A stretch of DNA of 64,000 bases from Octopus bimaculoides (lineage: Eukaryota). Of the stretch, positions 39,501-52,842 are shown one piece after another. The stretch lies in the NCBI RefSeq assembly GCF_001194135.2, contig NC_068984.1, positions 25,007,852-25,071,851 on the forward strand, in the 5' to 3' direction. A program made the translations under genes and the position numbers. Position 1 is the stretch's first letter. The number at the start of each line of letters is the position of its first letter. The notes beneath the pieces were generated by a model. The model did no database searches. It had not been told where the DNA came from and was given only the letters and a program-made list of their open reading frames with translations.

Positions 39501-41229
39501 GTAAACCAGCATATGCTGTCAGGTCCCACTGCTGATATCGGGGGTTGCGTTCTATGCCTTGACTCGAGCATAGGACGGGGCCCATCTCTTTGAGCTGGGA
39601 AATGAATAGAATACCTGGTGTGTGTCTTGTTGTGGCTAGTCCCTCCTAAAAGAATGGGAAATAGGCCTGGGTATGTATGTATATAAAACATAATCTATGA
39701 TTTATTATCATCTTTCATATTTTGCTGGACCACGTGTCCTCTTGACACTTCAGTTGAATCATTAGTGATAACCTCACTACTAACCTTTGATAACATATAA
39801 ACTTTAACCCCTTCAGACCACTGCATTCATCACTAATTCTTAATTTCTTTATTTTTAGGACAACTGCAAATCATCTTAACTATGCTTCAACAAAGTCAAA
39901 CGAAGTCAACACCAATTCTGATCCAGTCTGCAGCACCATTGTTAAGTGGTGAATAATATACAAAGATATATCAAAATAACAGTTCAACAATATCTGTATA
40001 ACAGATACAATACTGTTCAATACAGCATGTACAGCAAATGATTCTGATTGCCGTAAGTTAAGGTGAACTTCTACTTATCAATCCATAATCTGTATATCAT
40101 TGATTGTTCGGCCATGTATCTTGAGCATATGCACATGCACACACATATATATATCAGAAGAGGAGTACATGCACACTATCAGTTCTGTATTTCTCTATAA
40201 CAGCTTCACAACAAGGAGTATTAATTGTTAACATAACCATAAGGAAAGGAATATCAATTGCTAGCATAGGAACAAGAAAAAGAGTATTGATTGTTAATAT
40301 ACACTGACATGGATAGCCAAGTCAGCACCTCAGGTAATATACAGTAAAAACATATAGTATGAAGAATCACAAAACTCACAAAATGCAGAAGGCTATTTTC
40401 ATTGATAAATGTACTAGACAATTCAGTTACACACACACACACACACACTCACTCATCCACCACTACATCATTTGTAATACAAATTGTGTTTCCTGTAGTT
40501 TTTTACTAATGACAAACTCACTGGTAAATATCATAGCTGATACCCTCTAATCAGTACTGCTAATATAGGAAAGAAAGGAGTATCGACTGCTTACATAGGC
40601 ACAAGGGAACCAGTATTGATTTCACACGTTAGCACAAAGAGTATTGATTTTGCATGCTGGCACAATGAGTATTGATCTCATGCACATGAGCAAGGCTTCA
40701 GGATTTGCAGGAGAAAGGAGAATTTGTGATGTTCATCTCTTTCCCTAAAGATTTTAATGGTATAAGAGTTATGAAATATATTGACATCAACCAAGAAAGA
40801 AACCAGTTTGTGGGTTTAGCCAAAAGTTCAGCTTTATGGTGTGCGCCTTAACAGCAGAGGTCAAATCTTAAGGACCATGATAGATAAATATCTCATATAA
40901 GTCAGTTGCTAATAATTTTCTCAGTAACTATTCCAGAAATTTTGATTTTATGCTATATGAGTCAAGCAACCACCTGGAAAGGCTCTCTCATTGGCTCTAG
41001 GCTGAAAGGGTGTGGTATCCAGCCACACAGTCTCTTTTTTGCAATATATGACCTCATTCCATTTATAGTTATAGATGATACGTTAATATGCAGTGTAATA
41101 CCTGAAATAGATTTGGTCTCAAAATCAAAGATATAGTATTTGTACATTTATCTCTCTTAACCATTCTGCTTCCAAAAAAGGCACTTTATATGTAAAAGTT
41201 GCCCAGGTAGAGTTATCAACTGCCTACAA

Positions 41230-41720
41230 GGACCCCTGAAATTGACAGCTGTTTACCTAGGTGACCCACTTAGCAGGAGAAGTAGTGGGTGTTCAAAAAA
41301 GCATCGAATAAGAACAGGGTAGAAAAAGTTCAGGGAGATATCTCTTCTGGCAACAAAAGGACTCCCTCTCTGAGTGAAGGGTTGATTATATGATTCCTGT
41401 GTACAAAATACTATTCTGCATAGCAGCAAAATAGAGACACTGACAGTGGGAGATATACAAAGGCTGGAAATAAATGAGGTGAGCATCATCTGCTGAATGT
41501 ATAACGTTGCTGTGCAGGAACAATGGAGTACAAATGAGCTTTGGATGAAAGAGGATTCAGTTGTAGAGGACAAGAAGGAAGACTGTATTGGTACAGATGT
41601 GACGTGTATGAAGGATGAGAACTTCCAAGAGGAAAGGAGCTTGTGGAGGAAGAATACCAAGAAAGATGTGGGAAGAAGTGGAGATGACAAGAAACTGCAA
41701 TAAATGGCAGGACGCTATGG
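41230..41720 (+). mobile_element. Highly decayed RTE LINE fragment
   Basis: KFREISLLATKGLPL...KG*LYDSCVQNTILHSS...IQRLEINE resembles the RTE post-RT region. Confidence 0.6.
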
Positions 41721-42566
41721 TGGAGAAGGCAAAGACACATCCAACACATACAAACATAGAAAAACAGATATATAATGATATGAATTGTGATTGCTATGAA
41801 TTTAAATTAGGCAGATATAAAATAATCGATGAACCTACCAGACCACTAATTTATGAAAAGTTTTGTTTATAAACTAAGATCAATTCCAAATTAGTCCATC
41901 CACAATTATTCTAGTATCAATCTTTAGTTTTTATTGTAATACAAGTCATGTTTGATCACACTGTTCTACAAACTAAATATAAATGGGATGAGATCATATA
42001 TTGCAGAGAAAAGAATGTGTGGTTGGATGCCACACCCTTCAACTAAGAGTCAATGAAGGAGCCTCTAGGTGATTGCTTGAGCTCCAAGAAATAGCAACCA
42101 AATCAAGCTCAACACACATTAGATAACAATGCTAACCTCAATACATCTATAAAAAAAAAAGAAAAGGAATGGTCATGGCCAGAATACCTTTTGATCATTG
42201 GTATATTTAGCCAGAGCTGACTTGAGCTAAACAGCAAAAAACAATCCATAAAAATTAGAAAATGGTTTTGTTAAGACTAATGGTCAGCATGGTCATGAAA
42301 TGCAAGAATTTTAAAATACATGGCTTATGTACACAGATACACACCATAAAATATATGGTTATGTACACACTTCTTTGTATATATCAACATCACTATCATT
42401 ATTTTAATGTCCACTTTTCAATGTTTGCATGGGTCAGCTGGAATTTGGTGAGGCAAATTTTCTATAATTGGATGCCCTTCCTGTCACCAATCCTCACTTG
42501 TTTCCAAGCAAAGTAAAATATTTTCCTATGGCCAGACATGTTAGTTATGAAAGATATTACTTATAC

Positions 42567-42861
42567 CAGTGGTTCTCAACTAGAATCCATGGCTCCTTGT
42601 GGTCCATATGAGATTTTGGAAGGTCCACACAAGCAAAAATAGTAAATTGGGTCCATGAAAAAATGTCTTAGATGTATTTATTGCAAGAAATTGATGTTCT
42701 ACATAGCTCTGCCTATACAAGTGAATATGTAATAAACAAGGTAGGAATTTTGAAAGAAGTCTCCATAAAACTAGTTTTTAGACATCGAATGGCAATAGGG
42801 ATCCACCAGAGAAAAATAGTAATCAAAGTGGTCTATAGGAAAAAGTGGTTGAGAACCACCA
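42567..42861. mobile_element. hAT (Charlie-like) MITE
   Basis: TIRs CAGTGGTTCTCAAC / GTTGAGAACCAC; degraded 8-bp TSD. Confidence 0.7.
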
Positions 42862-45800
42862 GTTTATATGATGGTGATTTGAGGGAGATTTCACTGTCAT
42901 CTTTTGCAGGTCAAATGACCACACAGAGGTCATACAACCATTACATGACGACAAGACAAGGGTGCACACACATAACCAACAGACTTCACACATAAAGTTT
43001 TGATCAACCCATGGCTATAATAGAAGACACTTGCCCAAAGTATTGCACATGGAAAGCAAGCTTCTTAACTACATAGTAACGCTTTCGCCTATATACTTTC
43101 TTTGTATACAAAAGCTAGCATTTAAAATTAAATCTAAATGCAAACTTCTACGAACAAAGACGAAGGTTATGGTTGATTAAATCAAAGATATGTCTAGATC
43201 CTGTGCTGAAAAGTCAAGGAGTCACATACATTCAACAAATTTTGCTTACAAAACTTTAGCTGATCTGAGGCCACAGTAGAGATATTTTGCCCAAAGTACC
43301 ACATGGCGGTTGCAAATTTTGGCACAAGGCCAGCAATTTCAAGGGAGGGCTCAGCTGGTATTTATTTTATTGACCCTGAAAGAATGGAAGGCAAAGTTGA
43401 CCCCTGTGGAATTTCAAGGTACCATATAATGAATCTAAGAATCACCTGGTCACAAAGCAAACTTGTAAACCACAACCACAAGAAAGTCTCTGCATAGTAG
43501 ATCGCTTAGCTAGAAATAGCAGCCAAATTTCCTTCAAACTGTATACTCTACTGCTGTAAAAATAATAACGAAACATTACATAATGTAATCCTTAATATCC
43601 AGAATCTAGATAAATATGGTGTAATCAATGCCAGTACACCTTTGATCAAGTAGCTGTATGCATGGTCTGTAGCTAAGACTTAATTCCCACAGGGAATTCC
43701 ATCTAACTGCATTAAGTACTACATTGTTACAAGTAGTAAGAGAACTACATAATTAACCCCTGTACTGTAGGCACAGGGCCTGCAATTTTGGTGGGGGAAG
43801 CTCGTCGATTACATCAATTTCAGTGTTCAACTGGTACTTATTTTATCGATCCCAAAAGATGAAAAGTGAAGTCAATCTCGACGGAATTTAAACGCAGAAA
43901 TGCCACTAAGCATTTTGTTCGGCGTGCTAACGATTCTGCCGGTTCGCAGCCTGATAGAGAACTGCATAATTAATGGGCAGCTTGCAGAACAGATTTATAG
44001 AACTCAGCTCTTCCAGAGTGTAGAAACGGTTTGTTGCAGGATGATTTACCATTGTTGCACAGGATATGTAGTATCTTAACTATCCGTCTTTAACACATGT
44101 AACTACATGTCTATAAAGGTGCGACTGACAAGTCATTCAAAATGCTAGAAATAACAACATCCTACTGGTTTAGAAATGGGCACATTGGATAATGATGTCA
44201 AAGTTTACTAATATAGACGAATAGATAAATAAATAAATAAATATCGATACTGCTATAGCCGGGACGGCATTTGATAAGCCTGCCTGTCTATTCTACCACG
44301 GCTGAAATGTAGCTAAACATTGCATACCTACATTAATATTTATTGTTTATATTTCCACAGGTAAATGTTGCACACGAAGCAATGCATAGCTTAAACTAAA
44401 TGCACGAACACTAACACATAATCCAACTACATTTCATGTATGTAAAATATATTTTACCGTATGTGCCAACTCATACCTTTATAATTACACATCACCAGCA
44501 GACATGCATCTTTCTGCACACAGACACAACCAACAAATATGCATAACTTGAACCACCAATACTCACACACTCCCATACCAATATATGTGCTGGCATATGT
44601 TGAGATACTGATGCTATATTGCTATCTAATACACTAATATACATACTTCATGAGATATTTGAAATCTTATATCAAAACAAGAAGAAAAAAATCTGCTGTA
44701 TACCCATAAATGTACATTTTTTTGTATCGCTTGTAGAATCGTACAGCATCAACTATTAGAGTACATTTCATTTTATTCTACATGATAATGGAATTCCCTT
44801 TGCATGCAAACGCCTACAAGCAACGAACTTCAGAGAAGCGTTTTTAAAAAATCGATAGCGAAACGTTTAGAACTTCAGTGTCCCAAGTGGAAACACGTCG
44901 CTGTTTACTCCTGTGATTTATTTTTACTGTGTTCCCTAAACGTAGTTTAAAGTCACCCCTTTATTCTTTTTGCATGCATTAACTTATGGCTCAAGCTCCC
45001 GTCTAACTACTACTAGTAGCATCGTAATCAACTTGTAAATCAGTACTTTACGCAGCAGATACATGATTTTATTTTATTTATTTATTACTTTTTCCTTTCC
45101 CCGTCCATTTCCCTGCTTCGAATCTCTCTCTCTCTCTCTCTCTCTCAAGTAAAAACATGGGCAACGCCCATTATTATTTGTAGTAATAGTAGCATAAGAA
45201 CAAGGATCGACAGGATCAGTTCAAGTATTTGTATTATTATTATATGACGGAGACGACTCAATATTTGGTAGGACCAGTCGAATATGATGGCAATAGTGAT
45301 GATAGTGTCACAACACAGTTATATTAAAAGCCAAATAAAATATGCAATAGTACAATTAAAAATATAATGAATAACAGATGGAAAATTATTACGGCCTTTC
45401 ATCTTCTTCTGTTGAAAAGAATAAGAAGGCTAAACTCACTTTAAATAATCAGTCGGGGTTGACATGTTCCACTGCTTTAACTAACTGGACATATGATACT
45501 CCAGAACCGGCTTTATATTTGTTTACATGAATTTACAAACGCGTTATATTCTCAGTACAGTTCCTGTATTCTAGGCACTTTTAACAAAACTGTTTAACTT
45601 TTTAAGAAAATTACTGTAACACAACAATCAATCCGAGGAAATTTCGGCAACCTTATTGTATGTAATTACATCAAATAATTATTTCATTGCCGAACAACAA
45701 TTTGTGTAGATAATATCGGTTTCTTTTGAGGTAATTTTTGTAGAAAAAAAAACAAAATCTTATAATTGATTAAATAGAATCCACCACTAACCGCCGCGTA

Positions 45801-46362
45801 CATGATTGGCAGTTACTTTTCTTCGATGGAAATAGTCAAAAAAAAAAAAAAATCATAAAGAAACGTCTACTACGAAGCCCGATCATTTGCACCAACTCCG
45901 CGTCCAGGTATTCATGTTGACAAACATTTGCGTTTCTAGATATATCTGAACATTCGGAGTGATGATTATTATATTGTTTATATGCGAATAGCAAACCGAA
46001 TTTGTGGTTTTTAATATAAATAATAGTAATGTAGGACTAAATTAAATACAATGTCGAGATAATATTAAATGCAGCGTATTGATTCAATTTTTTTTTCTCA
46101 TGTTGATTATGTGAGTCACCCGTGCTTATTTTAAATCTGACGGGATTGTGTTGCGAAAATGGACAAGTGACGCGCGAAGTATAGTTTAAAGATCACGTTT
46201 TCAGTGTTTAAACTTCGAAGTTACAAAATAAAAAAATAGAAAGTATAGATAAATTAATTCAAAAAGACAAATAAACTTAGTGACAATTTGTTTTAAATGC
46301 AAAATAAATTTTTTTTAAAAGAACGAAAAAGAAAGAAATTAATCGATAAATGAATCACTTAC

Positions 46363-46556
46363 TCAGTACATGCAAGTTCCCGGGACCATTAGTGGAGTGC
46401 AAACTACAAAAACGGACTTCTCCACTAGTTTCTGACGTTCAGAGAGAAAATAAGTGTGTGGAAGCAAGAACAAGCGGACTTGCTCCTTATTTACTCTCTG
46501 CTTTACAAGCTACTGTCAGTCTGTCTTGGAATTTTCAAACATCTGGCAAAGTGTAG
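46363..46556 (-). other. Candidate second non-coding exon
   Basis: Long polypyrimidine tract plus AG (ttccttctttttacgtag) at 46558-46557 and donor TGA|GTAAGTG at 46362-46361. Stops in all frames. Confidence 0.55.
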
Positions 46557-46756
46557 CTACGTAAAAAGAAGGAAGCGGGTGAAAGAAAGAAAGAAAAATG
46601 CAAAAAGGGATAGACAAATAGAGGATGAGTAAATGTTGTCAAGCAACGTGTGGTGTAGAACACCACGCAACTGTCAGAAGAAGTTGCTGGTTTGCTAGTG
46701 CCACTTGTTGCTTAGTAGTTAGTGACCTCCCACTACCAAAATCCACAATTACTTAC

Positions 46757-46820
46757 ATATTTATTTTGACACGCCCGCAGGATCGGAACCCCCGCTGCCG
46801 ACTTTTTGTTGCTTTGTTTT
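46757..46820 (-). other. Candidate first non-coding exon / TSS region
   Basis: GC/CpG-rich stretch ending in donor TAT|GTAAGTA (GT at 46756-46755). The start is approximate. Confidence 0.45.
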
Positions 46821-49269
46821 TTCAGTAGCAAATAATTTTTACCACATCACTGATATAATTAATAATGATTTTGATTTATTTTGACTTATCCATTATACCC
46901 AATTATATTTAGTATATTTGCTTTTCATTGCAACAGTCATTATATATATATATTTACATTGTACTGTTTTTATATTATGTTTTAAGTTTTTGCGAAATTC
47001 TTTTTATTTTTGCAGTTTGCTTTTACTGGAAATAATGTAGAAAATATGGCTGGTATTTGTTGAAATGTTACACGAGGCTAAAAATATCCATTAAATTAAA
47101 TTAAAATAATAGGGAAATGTAAATATTTCGTGAATATCTATGCAGTTATCTATTTAATTTGTTTGCTATTCATTGGATATTTATCATTTGCAATTCTTCT
47201 ATATAAATTAGCTATTGTCTGCATGAAATTAATTATATTTTTGAAAATGACAAATTAAGCGATTAAAAAAAAATGCCTGAGTTGCCAAGCATTTTACTTG
47301 CAGATAATCTTATAAATTAAAATGCAGGAAATTTTACAGAAAACTCTCTTCCTTTCGATGGTTTTAATTATTATACTTTATTTTCATATCAAGAGATACC
47401 CACCAAAGGCTTAAGAGCGAATGACACTCATGAGTTGGGGGTGGATGTACTTTTAACATCAGAAATAATGTTACAATATTGATGGTGTTGGTGAGTTCCA
47501 TAACTAAGCGGGTTGTTGGGACATCTCTGAAAAATTTTAGTCGTCATATAGTGTATCGAGGATGAATCGCTCTCTTTCCAGGCGAAAAAAGCAATGAGGA
47601 TCTAAGCTCTGTTTAATTAGCTTACCACAAGTAAAACAATACTCATGCTGACTACAACACTGTGTTTTCCCCTCTAATGGTACCATCCAACGAGGGAGCT
47701 TCTATGCATTCGTTCGACCGACTAGAAATAGTAGCCAAATCTTCTTCCTAGAACATCATTCTGTCCTACAAATGAGAACAACATTGATTCTGTAGTCCAA
47801 AATACATTGTCTCAAAAAATGGGTGGGGGTGGCGACTGATATATCTTTCAGTACAGATCTGCTAAATTAGAGTGGACATGATATTAATAAAACAACCCCT
47901 CATAACAGATATTTACAGTTAAGCGTATTGAGGCTAAACACGACGCAAGCCAGTGACAAGATTCGAACCGCTGATCCTTTCGTCGTTAGTTGAACAACCT
48001 TTCTTCTTGCCCAGCTGCTGTTTTTATTTATTTTTTTATTTTTTATTATTACAGTCTGGAGCGAGCAGTCGACAAACTTACAGCTCGTGAACTCATTTTA
48101 TCCGGTCTACTGACTTTATTGAATAGGAGTAGTTGCAAGCTAAATTCTTTTTTCTTTTGCCATCTTTAGTTAGCGAACAATAAAATTCAGTATTGAACAA
48201 GAGAATAAAAGTTTAGTTTCTGTTCTAGCTTTAAAAAAAATCAATGAAACTAAGCTTTTTTTTTCTTCTTCTTCTTTAGAGTGACTGCTTCACATGTTAA
48301 AAAAATGTTGCCCCGAGTGCCACATTTTAAAAAGTAAATATTCTCGCTCAAAAATGGTTTACCTCTTAATCGCATGTTGCTGTACATGGCTCATATCAAT
48401 ATCTACGTTATTAAATCTGCAACAATTCTTTCGTCACAAGTGACGTTTAATTTTTTAAAAACTTTTTGATACCAAACTGCCTGAGACCGTCCCTGGTTCT
48501 ATGGCGAAATCTTCCTGTTTTAAAGACATCTAAAACTCTTGCATCAAAGTTCGTGTTAATTATGTACCAAAATTCATTACTCTGAAAATTAATAGAAACA
48601 AAAGCAATGTATTTCAATGAAACTGTGGTAGTAGAAGTAATTATTTCCACAGATTTGTCTGATTATGGTTTCAGTTTATATTCGCTTCGATCCGCAAGAC
48701 ATAAAAGTATATGTAGTCCTGTCCATCTCCAGTTTAGCAATCCCTGGTCCACAGTTCTCAAATACAAAATAATGAAAGAAACAAGACAGCTTTATTGGAA
48801 CACCAATAATATGTTCTAAGGCACAGAAAGCGGGTTAATTATAAGTATTCAGGTGATATGTTACGAATTCAGAATCGTAACTTAAAGGTCACTGAATCAG
48901 AAATGCGAATCCGGAGTCTCTGTTCAAAACTTGAACCTCAATTAGCTTTTTGTTTCGTGACAAGCTTGAGTCAGTGGCTTAATTTTATGTTGTTGACAAC
49001 AAATAAGCTTTATGTGTTTCAATAGGCCTCTTTCTCTACCTAAAAATAGGTCCCCATTAAATCAATGCTAAACTAACAGTGAATTGGCAAGCTGTTTTGT
49101 ATTAACAAGAGTACCAATACATCGTGGATTATGAGTAAATCCGTTAATCTATAAGTATATATATTTTTTCTTTTGGTTGCTGGACTAGAGAAAGGGACAG
49201 TGCCCATAGTCTTCGCAGACCTTCCTATACGCGTGAGATTGATGTTATTAATGTTCGGATTAAACCATT

Positions 49270-50720
49270 ATAAGCGGACACCGTCTGGAAATATATGAGT
49301 AGGGAGGAAATTACAGAGGACTGACGTTCTGAGAAGGAATAGCTAGAAAGAATAGCAGGAATGGGTGGATTGGACACAACAAGGGTGATGAGAGGAGGAG
49401 AGGACGAGTCGGTCGAGAATGACTGAATTGAGGTGGTACGAACTGAACCAACTCCAATGTGCAGAAATCATTATAGTAGCTGCAGAAAAAGGTGAGCATA
49501 ACTCTGGGTTAGAGGCTGGAGTTTGTCCGTGAGTAATTTTATACCAATCAATCGAGTAGTCCTTCTCTGGATGCTGTTTATGATATCTATGTATGCAGAG
49601 GCAAACCTCGTCCCAGAAGTGGGAGCAATACTCCATTGTGAGCCTTGTATGAACTTTGTAAAGTATTATAGGAAAGTGGGTTATACATCTTTAGATTGTA
49701 TACCTGACTTCCTACTATAAAATTAAAGAATATAAACGGAACGCTGAACTCCAGACAAAACAACTTAAACAACACTTTATTCAGGTGGTAAACATACATA
49801 TCTTTACTACAGAGTCTGTGTGTATGAGCATAGTTGTTGGGACGTTGTTCTGTAGTTGTGAGCGAGCTGTCTTGTGTAAGTCCGAAAGATGTAGAGACAG
49901 CTTAAACACACGTCCATGCTCAATCGCTGGCCAGCGAGAAAGAGAATGAATTGAGCGGGAAACGCTTGCTTGTTTAATTCTACGCATGCGCAGGCGTTAC
50001 TACAGTATCAATAATTATTGGAGGATGAAATATTTTCAGGCCCCAAAGAGAAGGGACAGTCATTGGGTTGCAGTGTTAGTTATGCTACGAATGTGCACCC
50101 GCCAGGAGAGATTCAACGATTGGAGCCGTTCTGAGAGCACTTGTTGAATGCTACCAATGATTAAGATTATGACGACGTTCCCTTAATATGACTAACGTCT
50201 GTATTTTTGTGCTCTTAAAAGAGACAAATTTGGTATATCCCCACCAGAGAATGCTTCCGAAGTCTCTGTTCATGGAGTCAGTGGGTGTTCAGTGCGTGTT
50301 GTCAGGAATTCGAGAAGATAATGCCTGTTTGGGAGAAATGAAGGATAGTGCCATCTTCGTAAGACTAAATGTTGTTGTTGTGACAGCAAGTAAGTCATTG
50401 ATGTTCAGGCGGAAAAGGGTAGGAGGTAAAAGTTAATAGAATGCAGGGCATAAAGTGTTCCATCAGCACAAACGGCGGTAGGACGATCTAACTGAAAGTT
50501 AATGATGTAAGAGTTAAGAAGTGGATGGAGCCCATGGGCAGAAGGTTTCGATCGGAGATTTACACGTCAAATACAGTCGAAAGCTTTGCTGGGTCAAAGA
50601 TGACACCATTACACACACCAGATTCTTCTAAGAACCACTGGTAGGTGACAGAGAAAAGTAAGAGTCAGTGAATTTTTTTGTAGTTTGGCATGAGATTGCA
50701 CCGATTAGTTTCATTGATAT
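49270..50720 (-). mobile_element. Degenerate CR1/L2-group LINE RT and 3' fragment, split by the solo LTR
   Basis: PTLFRLNINDLL, YKAH/MEYCSHFWD and FCSYYNDFCTLELVQFVPP...RPTR...HPF motifs. Confidence 0.7.
49667..50004 (-). mobile_element. Solo LTR (338 bp) inserted in a LINE
   Basis: Homologous to 55401-55743 and 63654-64000. 4-bp TSD GTAT at 49663-49666 and 50005-50008. Termini TGTAG...CTATA. Confidence 0.8.
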
Positions 50721-51227
50721 TACCACTCATCAGACTTCACTCACCTTTCCTTCCCAAGGTGTCAAACGATAACAACGTAAAGGTACTTATTAAAATGTAA
50801 AATAAGTTGTGAATAACTCTAATTTCGCAACTTGACATACGGATTTAATGAGCCAATGAGAGAGTATCTTCGCTATTGTTCGCCTGTTAGAAATAGCAGC
50901 CAATTTCTGTCAAATAGACCATACTGCCTAAGGACAAGAATTAACACAAATAACTCATTAAGCAATGTAGTCTGTAGGAAATTAAAAAGATGTTCATATA
51001 GATTACAACAGCAACAGATAGTATAAAATCTTTCATTTTATTTCCTACGACTGTCAGAAAATATACCTCTTCAGATCATATTGGTAGAATAATGAAACGA
51101 ATACAACAGAAATTACATAGTATGTTGTTCTAAATACAGATTTGCGATAAGACAGAATTTAAATGTAGTAAATTTTAACAGATTTAAATTTACCAAAAAT
51201 AAATATTCAATTCTCATATACAGGTTT

Positions 51228-51437
51228 AGGGGACTGAAAAGTTCCTGGCTTTGGATAAAGGAAAATACAGGAGGATCAGTTAATTATGGTTTTATTCAAC
51301 ATATTCCCCTCTCAAATTCACACACCTATTGCAGCAGTCCTTCAATTTTTCTAAGCCCTGTAAAAGAACTCGAAAGGTTGTACCTCCAGCCAGGTCCTTC
51401 GCGATGCCCTTAAAGCTAGGAACTTTTCAGCACACCT
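51228..51437. mobile_element. Mariner-derived MITE
   Basis: TIRs CTGAAAAGTTCCTGGCTTT / AAAGCTAGGAACTTTTCAG. The interior resembles a mariner transposase C-terminus on the minus strand. Confidence 0.75.
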
Positions 51438-52279
51438 GGTCATTCCAAGATGTAACTGTACGTGGACTGTTGGCAATTTTTTCTCCTCTTTCTTCCTTTT
51501 CTTCGCGGAAGCTTTCACCTCTCCTATTTGGTCTGATCCATGGTTCACTTCCTGTGCCCGCGACGCTTTTTCAGCAAAGAAGAGGTGGAAGTTTTTACAG
51601 TGAAGGAGTTCTTCGCCTAGAATGACAAGAACTGGTTTCAGCGTGGAAGCAAAGAACTGGCAGAAAGGTGGTTTCGGCGGTGCAGAACGATGGCTTCTAT
51701 TTTGAATGCTAGACTGCTTTTGTTGTAACTTAGCGTATAAAACAAATAACTTACCAAAATATTGCAAAACTTTTGACTCAACACAATGCATCTGCACGTC
51801 ACATGCCCTCTCGTTTCACTAGCGACACCAGTTCAACATTTACACCAGCAATGGAATGTGACATAGGTAATGCTAAGTCGTAATATAACACTCACAGACA
51901 GATTATTTTAATACTAGCGAGATAGTGTTCGAGAAATTGGTGTCAATAATGTCTTTTATATTATAATCACTAGACTATCTCCCTTACAAATAATATCATC
52001 CCCAATTAATACTAATTTTTCTCTTTCTATTTGACTCTGTCTTTCTAAAAGTTACAAGCACAGAATGTTTTCACTTTCCTAACTATTATTCGTACTGCTG
52101 ATGTTTCAGAATTATTTGATATTTGAACTATTCTCAATACTTACAACTGCGTATGGTCCGCAGATATGTCGCGATTTTTTTTTTTTTTTTCAAAAGAGTC
52201 ATAGAATGTCGAAATATTTTGAAAATTTCAATGCCTTAAAATTCAGTGCACCAGCTTGTAACGACCATGCGACCAGGAG

Positions 52280-52780
52280 ATGGTGACGCGGAATGGCTCA
52301 TTGNNNNNNNNNNNNNNNNNNNNNNNNNNNNNNCGACGTGATATCCAACATGCAGCCCAACGTTCACACGGACGTTTACTAAATGGTGACGCAGTGCCAG
52401 CTTCATGACCAACCGCTCTTTCTCCTTTTCGCAACAGTTATTTCCTCCTTTATCGTCTACTTTGTCTTACACAAAATGGCTGGTGGGGGCTCTGTGGCGT
52501 ACTTCTCTCTCTCTCTCTCTCTGTTATATATACACGGATGCGGACGTAGCGGATAACAGCTAGCCTTCGACCGCATCTTTTGGATCCAGTTGTGTCCAGC
52601 ACTCTGGTTGGTTGGAATTGGCGCATTTTGTCTCCTGCTCTATTTTGCGCCAAGGTGCAACCCAGCCAATCGCAGCCTTCAAATAAGGTCGCGTGAGACA
52701 GCCTTTTCTAAACCTCTGGTAAGCCGAGAGTATAGTATAAATAGTTAGCTTTTCACTGTCCCGCTTGTCCGCCTGCTTCA
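52280..52780 (+). promoter_or_regulatory. Pol II promoter with CRE half-sites, CCAAT box and TATA box
   Basis: CpG-rich. TGACG at ~52284 and ~52387, CCAAT at ~52665, TATAAATA at 52736, followed by a C-rich UTR-like sequence. Confidence 0.55.
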
Positions 52781-52842
52781 GATCTGAGGTTTAGCCGCCG
52801 GCCACAGCCAGTTCCAGCGACGACGACGACAACAGCAGCCTC

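Noticed and set aside
39023-39691. 222-aa minus-strand ORF
   Set aside because: Antisense shadow of an RTE LINE fragment.
47950-48020. tRNA-like B box (GGTTCGAATC, minus strand)
   Set aside because: No cloverleaf could be built; likely a degraded SINE head.
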